Source: a virus
Virus record (IMG/VR): IMGVR_UViG_3300000956_000001
Span: 18,630-82,629 of that record
DNA: 64,000 nucleotides
Reading direction: 5' to 3' (one strand)
Positions within the stretch are counted from its first letter, which is position 1, and every line of letters starts with the position of its first letter. The notes under the pieces are model-generated. The model had not been told where the DNA came from. It ran no database searches and worked only from the letters and a program-made list of their open reading frames with translations. This document shows positions 26,523 through 35,371 of the stretch, one piece after another. The translations under genes and the position numbers were made by a program.

Positions 26523-26646
26523 TACCGTCGCGAGGAGTCGAACCTCACCTCCTGGTCGCACTCGCCTACCCCGAACTTATAGGCGAGCGACTGCACCCTG
26601 CTAACGCTGACAGGGCGACCAGTGTTTTGCTACTAAACTAGACGGC
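26523..26646 (-). ncRNA. tRNA-like RNA with expanded anticodon domain
   Basis: Acceptor GCCGTC/GACGGT, U8A9, D-arm GTTT-AGTAGCA-AAAC, T-arm TGAGG-TTCGACT-CCTCG; the anticodon stem CTGGTCGC/GCGACCAG encloses two hairpins instead of a 7-nt loop. Confidence 0.65.
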
Positions 26647-26679
26647 TACCCTGGGTTTCGCGTCGCCGATCAGGACGCG

Positions 26680-26787
26680 CTACACCCAGATAGGAATGAG
26701 TGTGACGGACAGATTGACGGCGAGCCAGATGATTATGGCTGTGTCAACCTTGATCCGAGTTGCCGTGCTGATTTGCCAGTTTTTCAT
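26680..26787 (-). CDS. small membrane peptide (35 aa)
   Basis: MKNWQISTATRIKVDTAIIIWLAVNLSVTLIPIWV. Confidence 0.45.
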   Translation of the reverse strand: MKNWQISTATRIKVDTAIIIWLAVNLSVTLIPIWV

Positions 26788-26836
26788 GACGATCCTGACT
26801 AGAACGCCTGAACAGAGTATTTTTTCGGATACAGAC

Positions 26837-26876
26837 AAGCCCTGGCACTCGCTTGGGAGACGTTGTGCCAGGGCTT
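26837..26876 (-). terminator. terminator-like hairpin at the 3' end of the structured region
   Basis: 12-bp stem AAGCCCTGGCAC/GTGCCAGGGCTT. Confidence 0.65.
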
Positions 26877-26879
26877 ACC

Positions 26880-28049
26880 CTCGTGCCGCTACATGTGCCT
26901 GACGGACTGTTACGCTTCACAGGCTTCCACTCAGGCTAGCCATAGAGGCCGTGCCGACTCGTACGGCGACCGGTTCCCCTTGCTGCTTGTGGTGCTCCCT
27001 TGGTTGTAACCCGACTTGGATGCGTACCTCGGGATTGCGCCTCCACCAGTCCGTCAGGACTTGTCTTGCCACATAGCCAATACCCCGCAGTGGGCATTGA
27101 TGGGCTGACCAATCAGAGTCAGAGGTTTGATCAACACACTGACTAAACGTGACTGGTCCGCAGGTGTGTCTACTTGCTAGCTCGCCAGGGTGACGCCAGT
27201 CAAGGCGCCGCTTTGCGCAGGTAGCCGCCAACTGGTCAGCCCGAGGGTTGCATCACGCTGGTGTAATGCGCTGACACTTCAACCTAAACAGGCCCTACCC
27301 GTCTGCAATAGTCGGTGCACGCCTGCCGTTTGTCGCTGGCCCGTTCGGGGTCCAGCCCAGGTGGTCTGCCCATTTCCCAGTTTTTTCGTTGGCCCTGACT
27401 AAGGCCGGTTCATCCTTCCTGTTCTCGGACGTTTCCGTCTCCGAATACAGGGGTCCAACCAGACGCCTTGATCAGGGCCGTACGCGTGATGCAACCTTCG
27501 CGCTAACCAGGTGCTCGTCTACCGGCTAACCGTTCCGTTGTGCGATGCGTGATGGTGCCTGTAGCCCGCTAGGATCGACGCTGACGACCGTTTGTGGCGG
27601 TTGCTAGGGTGGGTAACCCCCGTGCGGTGTAACGCGCTACGGGCGATCCTAGCGGGCTTTGTGCAGTGTTACTGTGCGGACTCGACCAGTCACGTTTGGT
27701 AACCTCACGTGACAGAGGTAAGCGCGGCAGGATTCCGGCCTGTCGTTCTCAGGACTGCTGGACTCCGGGGGTCGCAATGACCCATACTCCGGTTTTCCCA
27801 GGCGGAACCCTGCCGCTGGTTGGACCCATCGTGAGTCAGTCACGTAGCGTTGCGTCGAGTGCGTGCGGGACCTAACCGATGATAGCGCGGGAGCTATGTC
27901 GATCAGTACGGACGCACTGGGAGGCGCGGCTTGATGGCTGGCGTTGATGTGTCCGCTGACGGGACATCGGCTGGGAAAGGTGGGTAACCCTGACCGATGT
28001 ACCGCCAGCGCACACATCACACTGTGTTGTTAGGCAGCGTGATGGTGCC
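26880..28049. ncRNA. candidate large structured non-coding RNA(s)
   Basis: No credible ORF. Many long perfect helices: 26898-909/27047-058, 27102-111/27233-242, 27246-258/27484-496, 27391-398/27472-479, 27563-577/27644-658, 27724-731/27809-816. Confidence 0.65.
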
Positions 28050-28086
28050 CCTGGACGCCTGATCCTGCATGGGCCAGGCGTCCAGG
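28050..28086. terminator. terminator-like hairpin
   Basis: 12-bp stem CCTGGACGCCTG/CAGGCGTCCAGG downstream of the 371-aa gene; the T-rich tail is on the + side. Confidence 0.65.
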
Positions 28087-28105
28087 TTTGTTGCCGTGGT
28101 GCGGA

Positions 28106-29221
28106 CTAGGCGACCTTGCGAGCGCCGCCCACGCCGCCATCCTGGGCGGGCACGATGCCTTCCAGGTTGAACTTGGGGCTGGACAGGGCGGCCGTGATGG
28201 CACCCGAGCTGGCGTTGCCGTCCGGGTACTCTTCCGTGCGAGTCTTCGCAATCTGGCCCGTCTTCAAGAAGGTGCCGACCGGCACGCTCGCGAAGACCTC
28301 CTGGATGTGCGACTTCACGCTGCGCTTCGGACCCGTGTAGGCGTCACGCGTACCCGTGCTGGTGGCGGTACCGGCTGCCTTCGGCGCACGAACCTTCGCG
28401 ACGTTGCCGCCACGACCGTGCGCGATCTTGGCCGCGTTCTTCACGACGACGTGGACCTCGGGCGCCTTCGGCTCGCGGGCCGCGTACGCCTCGTCCGTCT
28501 CGTCGGTCTTCTTGCCCTCGGTCGCCCAGGAGTTGTGGTCGACCTCGTACGCCTGCCACGCCTTGACCTCGGGGGCCAGCGACTTCGACAGCTCCTGGAC
28601 CTTCGCGGTCCAGTCGGGGCTCACGCCCTCGCCCGGGGTCAGCATGGAAACCGCCAGGTAGAACGCGGAGACCTTCTCGACGTGCGCCTGCGTCGGATCG
28701 ACCGGAGGCTTGACGACCTGCTCGCGCTGGGCGGTTGTGGTCTTGACCTCGGCACCGAGATCCATGTAGACCTTCGCCTTGGAGGCGTTCAGCTCCTTGG
28801 TGAGCGAGGTCTTCATCCCGGTTTCGAGGAAGTCGCGGGCCTTCTTCTTCAAGCCCGGGGTCGGCAGGGCCGCGTAGGCCAGCTTGACCGGTGCGACGTT
28901 CACCGTGGGGACGTCGCCGGTCGTCTGGTCGCGCGCCTCGACGGCCTCGTTGACCTTCGCCTCGAACTCGGCGAACAGCTTCGCGTGCTCCGCCTCGGTG
29001 GCAGCCTGCTCGGCGGCCAGCTCCTCGGGGGTCTTCGTCGGGCCGGTCGCGGTGTTGGCGTCCGGCGTCTCGGGGGCCTGCGGGGTTTCCAGGTTTTCGA
29101 CCGGAGTCGCAACCTGCTCGGGCTGCGACTCGGTGGCCATGCCCGGAAGGCTGGACATCTGCTCGGTGGGCTGCGTGACCTCTTCGGCCGAAGCCGTGGT
29201 CACGTCATCCTGGTCACGCAT
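28106..29221 (-). CDS. highly expressed protein with C-terminal winged-helix-like domain
   Basis: Extreme GC3 bias, GAGGAG RBS, two consensus promoters upstream; C-terminal SVKSHIQEVF...TGQIAK..TEEYPD...SSGAITAAL. Confidence 0.8.
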   Translation of the reverse strand: MRDQDDVTTASAEEVTQPTEQMSSLPGMATESQPEQVATPVENLETPQAPETPDANTATGPTKTPEELAAEQAATEAEHAKLFAEFEAKVNEAVEARDQTTGDVPTVNVAPVKLAYAALPTPGLKKKARDFLETGMKTSLTKELNASKAKVYMDLGAEVKTTTAQREQVVKPPVDPTQAHVEKVSAFYLAVSMLTPGEGVSPDWTAKVQELSKSLAPEVKAWQAYEVDHNSWATEGKKTDETDEAYAAREPKAPEVHVVVKNAAKIAHGRGGNVAKVRAPKAAGTATSTGTRDAYTGPKRSVKSHIQEVFASVPVGTFLKTGQIAKTRTEEYPDGNASSGAITAALSSPKFNLEGIVPAQDGGVGGARKVA

Positions 29222-29379
29222 GATGACTCCTCGTCGATGTGATGTGGTGTGCGTCGTTTGAAACTGTAGTGCATCGGGTCTGTTCCGTCAACCCCCGTGG
29301 CAGGGATTGTGGATCCGATCTAGCAGGCCGACGGTATGGCTCCCCGTTATCGGCTCGCTGTTCCCGTCCCGATGCATTC

Positions 29380-29408
29380 AGTCTAGCACATCGTTTCGGG
29401 TAGTGCAA
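29380..29408 (-). promoter_or_regulatory. strong sigma70/HrdB-type promoter
   Basis: TTGCAC-17-TAGACT with extended TG. Confidence 0.7.
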
Positions 29409-29459
29409 CTGGCGTGTTGTGCAATTTCAGGGTTTTTCATGGCTCCCCTACTAGGCCGA

Positions 29460-29488
29460 AGTCTAGCACACCATGCGATGCTAGTCAA
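29460..29488 (-). promoter_or_regulatory. strong sigma70/HrdB-type promoter
   Basis: TTGACT-17-TAGACT with extended TG. Confidence 0.72.
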
Positions 29489-29681
29489 CTGGGCCGTTGT
29501 GCTGTGTTGCTGTGTGCATGCGCCAGGTAACGCTGCCCGTAGGCGAGCGTGCTGGGTCATGCTGCGCACCGTAAACAGGGATCGAACCTGCCTGCTGGGT
29601 ACCAGCCAGCGCCCCACCAGGGGTCACGATGTCACCTGAACGGACGGATAGGCGTCCAGATGAAGGTCTGACAGTGAAGGT

Positions 29682-30020
29682 CTAGCCGTACAACCCGTCA
29701 CGATTGTTGGGCCAATTGGGGCTCATGACTGCGGCCATGGCATCACGACCTGCCTGCTCGGCAGCGGGTGACATGCGAGGAGGCTCGTTGATGGCTTCGA
29801 TGTCGGTCTTGTTCATGTCGCGAATCACCCAGGGCCAGTTGCCGTGGGCGAGTCCGTCTGCAATCGCACGGGCCAGGTAGATCGCCTGCGTTCGCAGAGA
29901 CATGCCGTCGGCAGCCATCCGGTTGACCTGCTCGGCGCAGTACGCCTGGTCACTGCCCTTCGGCGCGTACGATTGCAGAATCGTCAGCAACTCGTACATA
30001 CGATCGTGATCTGTCTTCAT
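29682..30020 (-). CDS. hypothetical protein
   Basis: AAAGGTGGG RBS before MKTDHD. Confidence 0.7.
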   Translation of the reverse strand: MKTDHDRMYELLTILQSYAPKGSDQAYCAEQVNRMAADGMSLRTQAIYLARAIADGLAHGNWPWVIRDMNKTDIEAINEPPRMSPAAEQAGRDAMAAVMSPNWPNNRDGLYG

Positions 30021-30067
30021 GCCCACCTTTCCCGTTAGACGCGGTGCTGATCGGCTGTGCTACCGCA

Positions 30068-30096
30068 ACACTAGCAGGTGTTTCCCGTTTTGGCAA
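30068..30096 (-). promoter_or_regulatory. sigma70-type promoter
   Basis: TTGCCA-17-TAGTGT. Confidence 0.6.
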
Positions 30097-30164
30097 CTCC
30101 CCGGATATTGCGTACCCGGCTCCTCGTTACCTGCGTAACGCACCCGCCTGTGTGGCGTGCGTCT

Positions 30165-30193
30165 AGTATGGCATCAGGTGGACGCGTTGTCAA
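30165..30193 (-). promoter_or_regulatory. sigma70-type promoter
   Basis: TTGACA-17-CATACT. Confidence 0.55.
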
Positions 30194-30416
30194 CGTGTCC
30201 TAGTGGATAGATTGCCCGTTGGCACATATGGCATCTGACCTGCTGTTATGCTAGACCAGGCGCCGGTAATGTCCGAATTGCCAGATTTTACCGTCTTGCC
30301 CGACTAAGAGGGCTTTGCGTAGTGAACGCCACCTTTGAGTGAGAGTGCCTCACTTGTGACGACATGCACGTAGATGCCCTGTGCAGGTGCAATTGCCTCT
30401 TTGCAGTGTATACAAG

Positions 30417-30809
30417 TCATTTGTCCGTTTTGTCCTTCTTGCGGGTCTTTCTGGGCTTAGTTGACTTTGCGTGCTGTAGCCGCTGCAATGTGTTCTTTTC
30501 GATCTCAATCATCATCAAAGCGGCATTTCGGACTTCCGGGGTAAAGGGTCCAGTGTACCCCATAGTGAACAGAACGGCTTTTGCAGCCATATCGTTCTGT
30601 TCGCGGCGAGAGAGAGACTTCTGCACCGGAGCCGAACTTTTGCGCTCAGACTTCCCATCCTTGGATGCCTCACCACGGATGATGACAACTCGGCTACAGG
30701 GGAGCGAATCGTCACCATCCGTGGTAAGGCGGACAACGATACCAATTGGGGCAGAGCTAGACTCGCGCACCAATTCGTAGTATCTCGCCTTATCAGGATC
30801 AAAGAGCAT
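30417..30809 (-). CDS. hypothetical protein
   Basis: AAAGGTG RBS before MLFDPD. Confidence 0.65.
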   Translation of the reverse strand: MLFDPDKARYYELVRESSSAPIGIVVRLTTDGDDSLPCSRVVIIRGEASKDGKSERKSSAPVQKSLSRREQNDMAAKAVLFTMGYTGPFTPEVRNAALMMIEIEKNTLQRLQHAKSTKPRKTRKKDKTDK

Positions 30810-30905
30810 ATCGCGCACCTTTCAGGTTTTACCAGTCATGTGGCACTAACAGGGTAAAACATTACAGTTGCACCATATCAGGGCATATGACTCAAAAAGG
30901 ACATA

Positions 30906-31175
30906 CTACCTGGTAACTACTTCCATGACCTCAGTCTGGCGAGCGATCTCAAATTCGGCAATGTTGCGCTTTCCAGGCGTACCGGGCGAAGCGGACATAC
31001 ACTGCGTAACGGCTTCAAGTGCATCCTCGTACGTATCCCAGGAACACTTCCGATTCCAGTACAATTCCCACCAGATGCCACTTCCGTCCCCATCCAGGTA
31101 ATTCACCCGGAAGCAGACATCAGGTTGATACTTGCGCAAAACGCGCAACTCGGGCTGTTCAGACATCTCGGACAT
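30906..31175 (-). CDS. hypothetical protein (cassette A)
   Basis: AAGGTGGG RBS; ORF exactly fills IR pair A. Confidence 0.7.
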   Translation of the reverse strand: MSEMSEQPELRVLRKYQPDVCFRVNYLDGDGSGIWWELYWNRKCSWDTYEDALEAVTQCMSASPGTPGKRNIAEFEIARQTEVMEVVTR

Positions 31176-31306
31176 AACCCACCTTCCCAGACTTTCGGGG
31201 TAGACGAGACATATGCCCCCATAAGGTACAACTGTGATGTTAATCTGGAATCGTCATAGATGCACCTGATGCGCGCATTCCGGAGGTTACAGACTAAACG
31301 GACATA

Positions 31307-31396
31307 CTACTTAGATGCGTAGTAACCAGTCACGATGACTGCAAATACGACCCAAGCGACGATGAAGCCAAACCAGAACTTCTGGCCATTTGTCAT
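31307..31396 (-). CDS. small membrane peptide (cassette B)
   Basis: MTNGQKFWFGFIVAWVVFAVIVTGYYASK. Confidence 0.55.
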   Translation of the reverse strand: MTNGQKFWFGFIVAWVVFAVIVTGYYASK

Positions 31397-31470
31397 CTTG
31401 TCACCACAAACAACACGAAGGCCGCCCATAGTACCATCAGTACAAAGGCGGCAAAAAGAAGCTTAATCAC
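31393..31470 (-). CDS. small membrane peptide (cassette B)
   Basis: MIKLLFAAFVLMVLWAAFVLFVVTR; GAGGAGG RBS. Confidence 0.55.
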   Translation of the reverse strand: MIKLLFAAFVLMVLWAAFVLFVVTR

Positions 31471-32013
31471 TCATTCCTCCTCAAAACGGACAACCTTCGC
31501 GCCGCCGTCATCTGTCTCCATTACCGTAGGAAGCAACAGATGGCCACGAACCGTAATGCTCTGGTCATCCTTGCCCTTGTTGCGCAACTGCCACTTTTTG
31601 TTAGCAACGCGACAAGAAGGGCACCTGCACCCATACATGGAGTAAGACAGGTAATTGCCGTGACTCGTCCAACTCGGTTCGAAACGGATAAACCAGTCCC
31701 AGCACCAGGTTTCGATGCATTTCGGGCAGATACTCTGGTAATCCGCATCGGCGTCATGAGCACACGTAGTGCACACATCTGTCGAGACGATGACATTACG
31801 CCCGTAAGGCGCGATAATGCGCCTTCTGGGCGCATTCACCGAAGGGGGACGAACGTCCTCATTCAGTGCAATGTGCACGATCTGCCCAACTTGGACATTA
31901 CGCCAGTCAATCTGGCGATTCACTCCGCCGATGACAAACTGGTCGTACTCGCCCTTCACGTCAGATTTCGGGGCAATCGTCTGGTATTGAACAGATGACG
32001 ATCCTTTTCCCAT
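31471..32013 (-). CDS. zinc-binding hypothetical protein (cassette B)
   Basis: CTTC..CPKC and HG..SY..YGCRCPSCR motifs. Confidence 0.75.
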   Translation of the reverse strand: MGKGSSSVQYQTIAPKSDVKGEYDQFVIGGVNRQIDWRNVQVGQIVHIALNEDVRPPSVNAPRRRIIAPYGRNVIVSTDVCTTCAHDADADYQSICPKCIETWCWDWFIRFEPSWTSHGNYLSYSMYGCRCPSCRVANKKWQLRNKGKDDQSITVRGHLLLPTVMETDDGGAKVVRFEEE

Positions 32014-32124
32014 TTTACACCTTTACCCTTTATCAGGCATCAGGTGCATTTATGACGATTCCAGATTATTAGTGCCAACTACACTGAACCCACTATTAGG
32101 GGCAGAACGGACATCGCAGACATG

Positions 32125-32643
32125 TCAGTCTTTCGTGTCGTACCAGACATGACCGTGCTCATCTACGTGAGCTGGCTCATCCAGGACATGCTGTGCATCA
32201 GCGTTGCATTGCGTCTCATATGGTGACATTGCACCACACAGTGACGTTTGGGGCGCTTCGACACATTTGGACACGGGAGTCATGCGGTAGCTTACGTGCA
32301 TCAATACGAGGATTTCGCACGCATTGCGCAACTGCCGCAGAAGGGGCAACTGTTCCGAAACGTAAAACCGTCGCAGAGTGTCATCATCGTCCTCATTCAT
32401 GCGATACGACACATAGTCGACACCGCTCTCATTTGTGACGATTCGGACATACCCGACGATGTGCTCCATCTGGTTTTGGTCCGACTCGTGCCAGATGCAC
32501 GTATCAGACCAAACGCCCGCCCATGGGCCCTCTTGTACGGTTACGATCGGCTTTGCCCAGATTGCACCGTAACGCGTCATTTGACGGACTGCGGTATCTT
32601 TGTCGTCAATGACCCTGTTGTGCGAGTTGTGCGAGTTGTCCAT
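32125..32643 (-). CDS. hypothetical protein (cassette C)
   Basis: AAAGGTGGAG RBS; C-terminal C..C...H...H...W. Confidence 0.7.
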   Translation of the reverse strand: MDNSHNSHNRVIDDKDTAVRQMTRYGAIWAKPIVTVQEGPWAGVWSDTCIWHESDQNQMEHIVGYVRIVTNESGVDYVSYRMNEDDDDTLRRFYVSEQLPLLRQLRNACEILVLMHVSYRMTPVSKCVEAPQTSLCGAMSPYETQCNADAQHVLDEPAHVDEHGHVWYDTKD

Positions 32644-32705
32644 CTCTCCACCTTTTTCAGGTTTTAGCACTGGATGCCCTACTAAGGGACGAGACGCGCG
32701 GTTGC

Positions 32706-32966
32706 CTACGGTTGTACCTTTCGTCCGCCCTGTGGCGATTTGTCGTCGTCTGCTACCTTGTGTCCGTATTGGATCACAAAGTCGTAGATGTCCGATTTAA
32801 TCAGCGTGCGGCTAAGCAGTAGGTGCGCCAGAATTGCACCTCTTCCGGGCCTTTTGTCCTGATCAGGGTATTCTGGGGTGATTGCGTTACAAATCTGCGC
32901 AACCGTCATGAAGTGCCCGTATTCGTGACCTTTGAACGCATTGAGAATGTGGTCCCGGATTGTCAT
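32706..32966 (-). CDS. small winged-helix-like protein (cassette C)
   Basis: Similar to the C-terminus of 28106-29221. Confidence 0.7.
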   Translation of the reverse strand: MTIRDHILNAFKGHEYGHFMTVAQICNAITPEYPDQDKRPGRGAILAHLLLSRTLIKSDIYDFVIQYGHKVADDDKSPQGGRKVQP

Positions 32967-33334
32967 CAGATGTGCGGTCCGTCCAGATGGTCGAAGATGT
33001 CCGATTTGAGGTAAACCGCCATCATCAGGACCGATTGGAGTAGTCCACCCACGTTCTGGCCGTGATCGTCCATTGATCCCTGTTCGGCACCACTGTCCAC
33101 GATGAGGCTAATTGCCTGCTCTGCGGCCTTTTCGTAGTTAAGGTGCATGTCTCCGGTTTGGACCAATTCGCCCAGTTCGTTCGGATCAAGAAGATTGTCC
33201 GGAAGAGGCTGATTGTCCAGATCGCGCCGAAGGACCAACAACGCACCATATGCGGTGAAAATGGCCTTTTCGATGTCATCGCGGAGAAGCTCACGTTCTG
33301 ATGCGGTAAGACGCGAGTTGCGTGTGTTTCCCAT
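32966..33334 (-). CDS. hypothetical protein (cassette C)
   Basis: AAGGTGGGCAAA-ATG start MGNTRN. Confidence 0.7.
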   Translation of the reverse strand: MGNTRNSRLTASERELLRDDIEKAIFTAYGALLVLRRDLDNQPLPDNLLDPNELGELVQTGDMHLNYEKAAEQAISLIVDSGAEQGSMDDHGQNVGGLLQSVLMMAVYLKSDIFDHLDGPHI

Positions 33335-33544
33335 TTTGCCCACCTTGGCGACTAAGTGTGAAATGCGCACCTCGTCCCATAGTAGGGCATCCAGTACCAT
33401 TCTTGACAGAATATGACGTTACCTTACATATTTTGACATATGCCAGTTATGTCCGATTCTGCCCCTAATGGTGGGTTCAGTGTGATTCATACGGCTTGTT
33501 AGTAACATCCCAAATCGTCTGCTATGCACCTGATGTCTGATTTG

Positions 33545-33742
33545 CTAAACAGTGACCGGTTTGCCCGTTTTCAGGTCAATCATCTCGGTTTGTCGTGTTA
33601 GAGGTGCAACTGTCCGCTTCGGGGGATTCTTCCCATTTACCCGCTGCGTGAATGTCTGACCGCATGTGTCACACATTCTGCGGATATGGGTACCTGTGCC
33701 CGGTAGGTGAGTCACCTCCCTATTGCAGTGCATGCGTACCAT
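33545..33742 (-). CDS. small zinc-ribbon-like protein (cassette D)
   Basis: C...CDTC; lies inside IR D. Confidence 0.55.
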   Translation of the reverse strand: MVRMHCNREVTHLPGTGTHIRRMCDTCGQTFTQRVNGKNPPKRTVAPLTRQTEMIDLKTGKPVTV

Positions 33743-33788
33743 TCTCGCCTACCCGTGCTAGTTGGTGCCGTTTGTCCAGTTTGTGACG

Positions 33789-33983
33789 TTACTTGGTGAT
33801 ACCTTTCGGTATCCACCGAGGTGTGGTGCAAACGTAGCATTCGCCACACTTGTACCACGTGTCCGAGTATCCGCAATCCTGGTCGAAATCCCACCATCCA
33901 GGCACTTCGCCCAGTTTGATGGACTTGTCCGTTTTGCGGTTCCTGACAACGTTTCTGATAGCATTGCGCAGATTGATACCCAT
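33789..33983 (-). CDS. small protein (cassette D)
   Basis: AAAGGTGG RBS before MGINLR; C...CGEC.VC. Confidence 0.65.
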   Translation of the reverse strand: MGINLRNAIRNVVRNRKTDKSIKLGEVPGWWDFDQDCGYSDTWYKCGECYVCTTPRWIPKGITK

Positions 33984-34401
33984 TGTACTGATTCCACCTT
34001 TTGTCCGTGTTGCCCGTTTTAAGGGGTTTGTGAACACCAGGTGCATAGCAGACGATTTGGGATGTTGCAGACTGAATCACCATTTACGTGCCAGTTGTCG
34101 CACATTATGCTGGTTTGTCCGTTAGTTCACAATCTGGATAACTAAGGACGTTATCCAGAGAATGACTAGAACTACCCAGATTGCTAGGGCTATCCCGGTG
34201 TGTGGCTTCATGTCCGTTTTGGTCCTTATGTTACCGAGTGTACAGTTTGCGACCCTTGCGCACCAGGTACACATACATACCGTTAGCCCGCTGAAAACGC
34301 AAATGCGTGACTTTGGGTCCGATGAGGTATCCACCCCAGTTGGTCCATTGGCACGTCATGCACTCATTGTCTGCGATGTCCGAAATGCTAGACATGTGCG
34401 A

Positions 34402-34842
34402 TCAGAGCGCCTTGCACACGTTCTGGGCGAACCATTCCCATGCGTCCCGTTGCCAGGCGACAGGTCCGAAGTGGTACGTCCAGTGCGGAAGGTACGGTTC
34501 GGCCATCTCTGCCACGATTCCGGTAAAGCTGTGCGCGTATGCACCGATACCGATCAGATCGCCCGGCATGTCGATAATGCCCTTGGATGCCCGATATGAG
34601 GGGTTGTATTCCGAGACGACCCAAAAGACCAGTGCGGTATTGATTGCCCGCATTGCACCTCTTGGGTCGGTTGCGTGGAAGAGCTGGAATGCCCGTCCCA
34701 TGCGACCTTCGCACAGTGCGTGATACATTGCGGCATTTTCCCGCATTGTCGCACCTGAGTGCATTTCCAGGATTACGCCTTTTGGCTGGTTCGTCCCGTT
34801 GGCACCGTTCGCGAAGGTTTCCTTGATTGTCACAGTTGCCAT
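34402..34842 (-). CDS. hypothetical protein (cassette E)
   Basis: AAAGGTGGG RBS before MATVT. Confidence 0.7.
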   Translation of the reverse strand: MATVTIKETFANGANGTNQPKGVILEMHSGATMRENAAMYHALCEGRMGRAFQLFHATDPRGAMRAINTALVFWVVSEYNPSYRASKGIIDMPGDLIGIGAYAHSFTGIVAEMAEPYLPHWTYHFGPVAWQRDAWEWFAQNVCKAL

Positions 34843-34971
34843 GATTCCCACCTTTTGTGTGTCTTGCCCGTTTTAAGGACAACTGGCACATAAAAGGTGA
34901 TTCAGTCTGCTATGGTTCAAACGCCCTACTAGGTGCCTGATGAGCTGAATGTGCTGGATGTCTGGGTTGTG

Positions 34972-35358
34972 CTAGTCCATCCAGAGTGCGAAGTTTCCGT
35001 CGATAACGCCATAAACAGCCTGGTGTGTACGGTTCTGTCCGTATTTTTCCAGTTTGTCGTATTCGAGCGTTACGACCCAGTCTGAGTCGTCACAGTGCCT
35101 TAGGCACCCATAACCGCACTTATCATCGTGAATGTGCCGTCCGTTACCATCTGTGACGTTTAGCACCCTTACGGACGTGATGTCGTAAAGGGGCCAGTTG
35201 TCACGAAAGTACTGAACGGGCCACATGTCCGAATACTCCGGATCGCACCGAAGTTCCAGACTGTACACATTGCGCTGAATGAGGTCTTTGCGGTAATGTT
35301 CCAGAATGTCCCCGAAAGGTGCATCTGGCCGCTCCGCCACCGTCCGCGTAGCCTGCAT
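34972..35358 (-). CDS. hypothetical protein (cassette F)
   Basis: 128 aa inside IR F. Confidence 0.7.
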   Translation of the reverse strand: MQATRTVAERPDAPFGDILEHYRKDLIQRNVYSLELRCDPEYSDMWPVQYFRDNWPLYDITSVRVLNVTDGNGRHIHDDKCGYGCLRHCDDSDWVVTLEYDKLEKYGQNRTHQAVYGVIDGNFALWMD

Positions 35359-35371
35359 CGGTTTGTCCGTT

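Noticed and set aside
26523-26646. Canonical tRNA or tmRNA
   Set aside because: No 7-nt anticodon loop; lacks the G3.U70 alanine identity, tag ORF and length of tmRNA
26917-28020. Short ORFs inside the structured region
   Set aside because: No RBS, atypical codon use, and on both strands; the helix density is better explained by RNA structure
28088-29242. 384-aa plus-strand ORF
   Set aside because: Antisense shadow of the GC3-biased 371-aa gene; no RBS and R/L/G-rich
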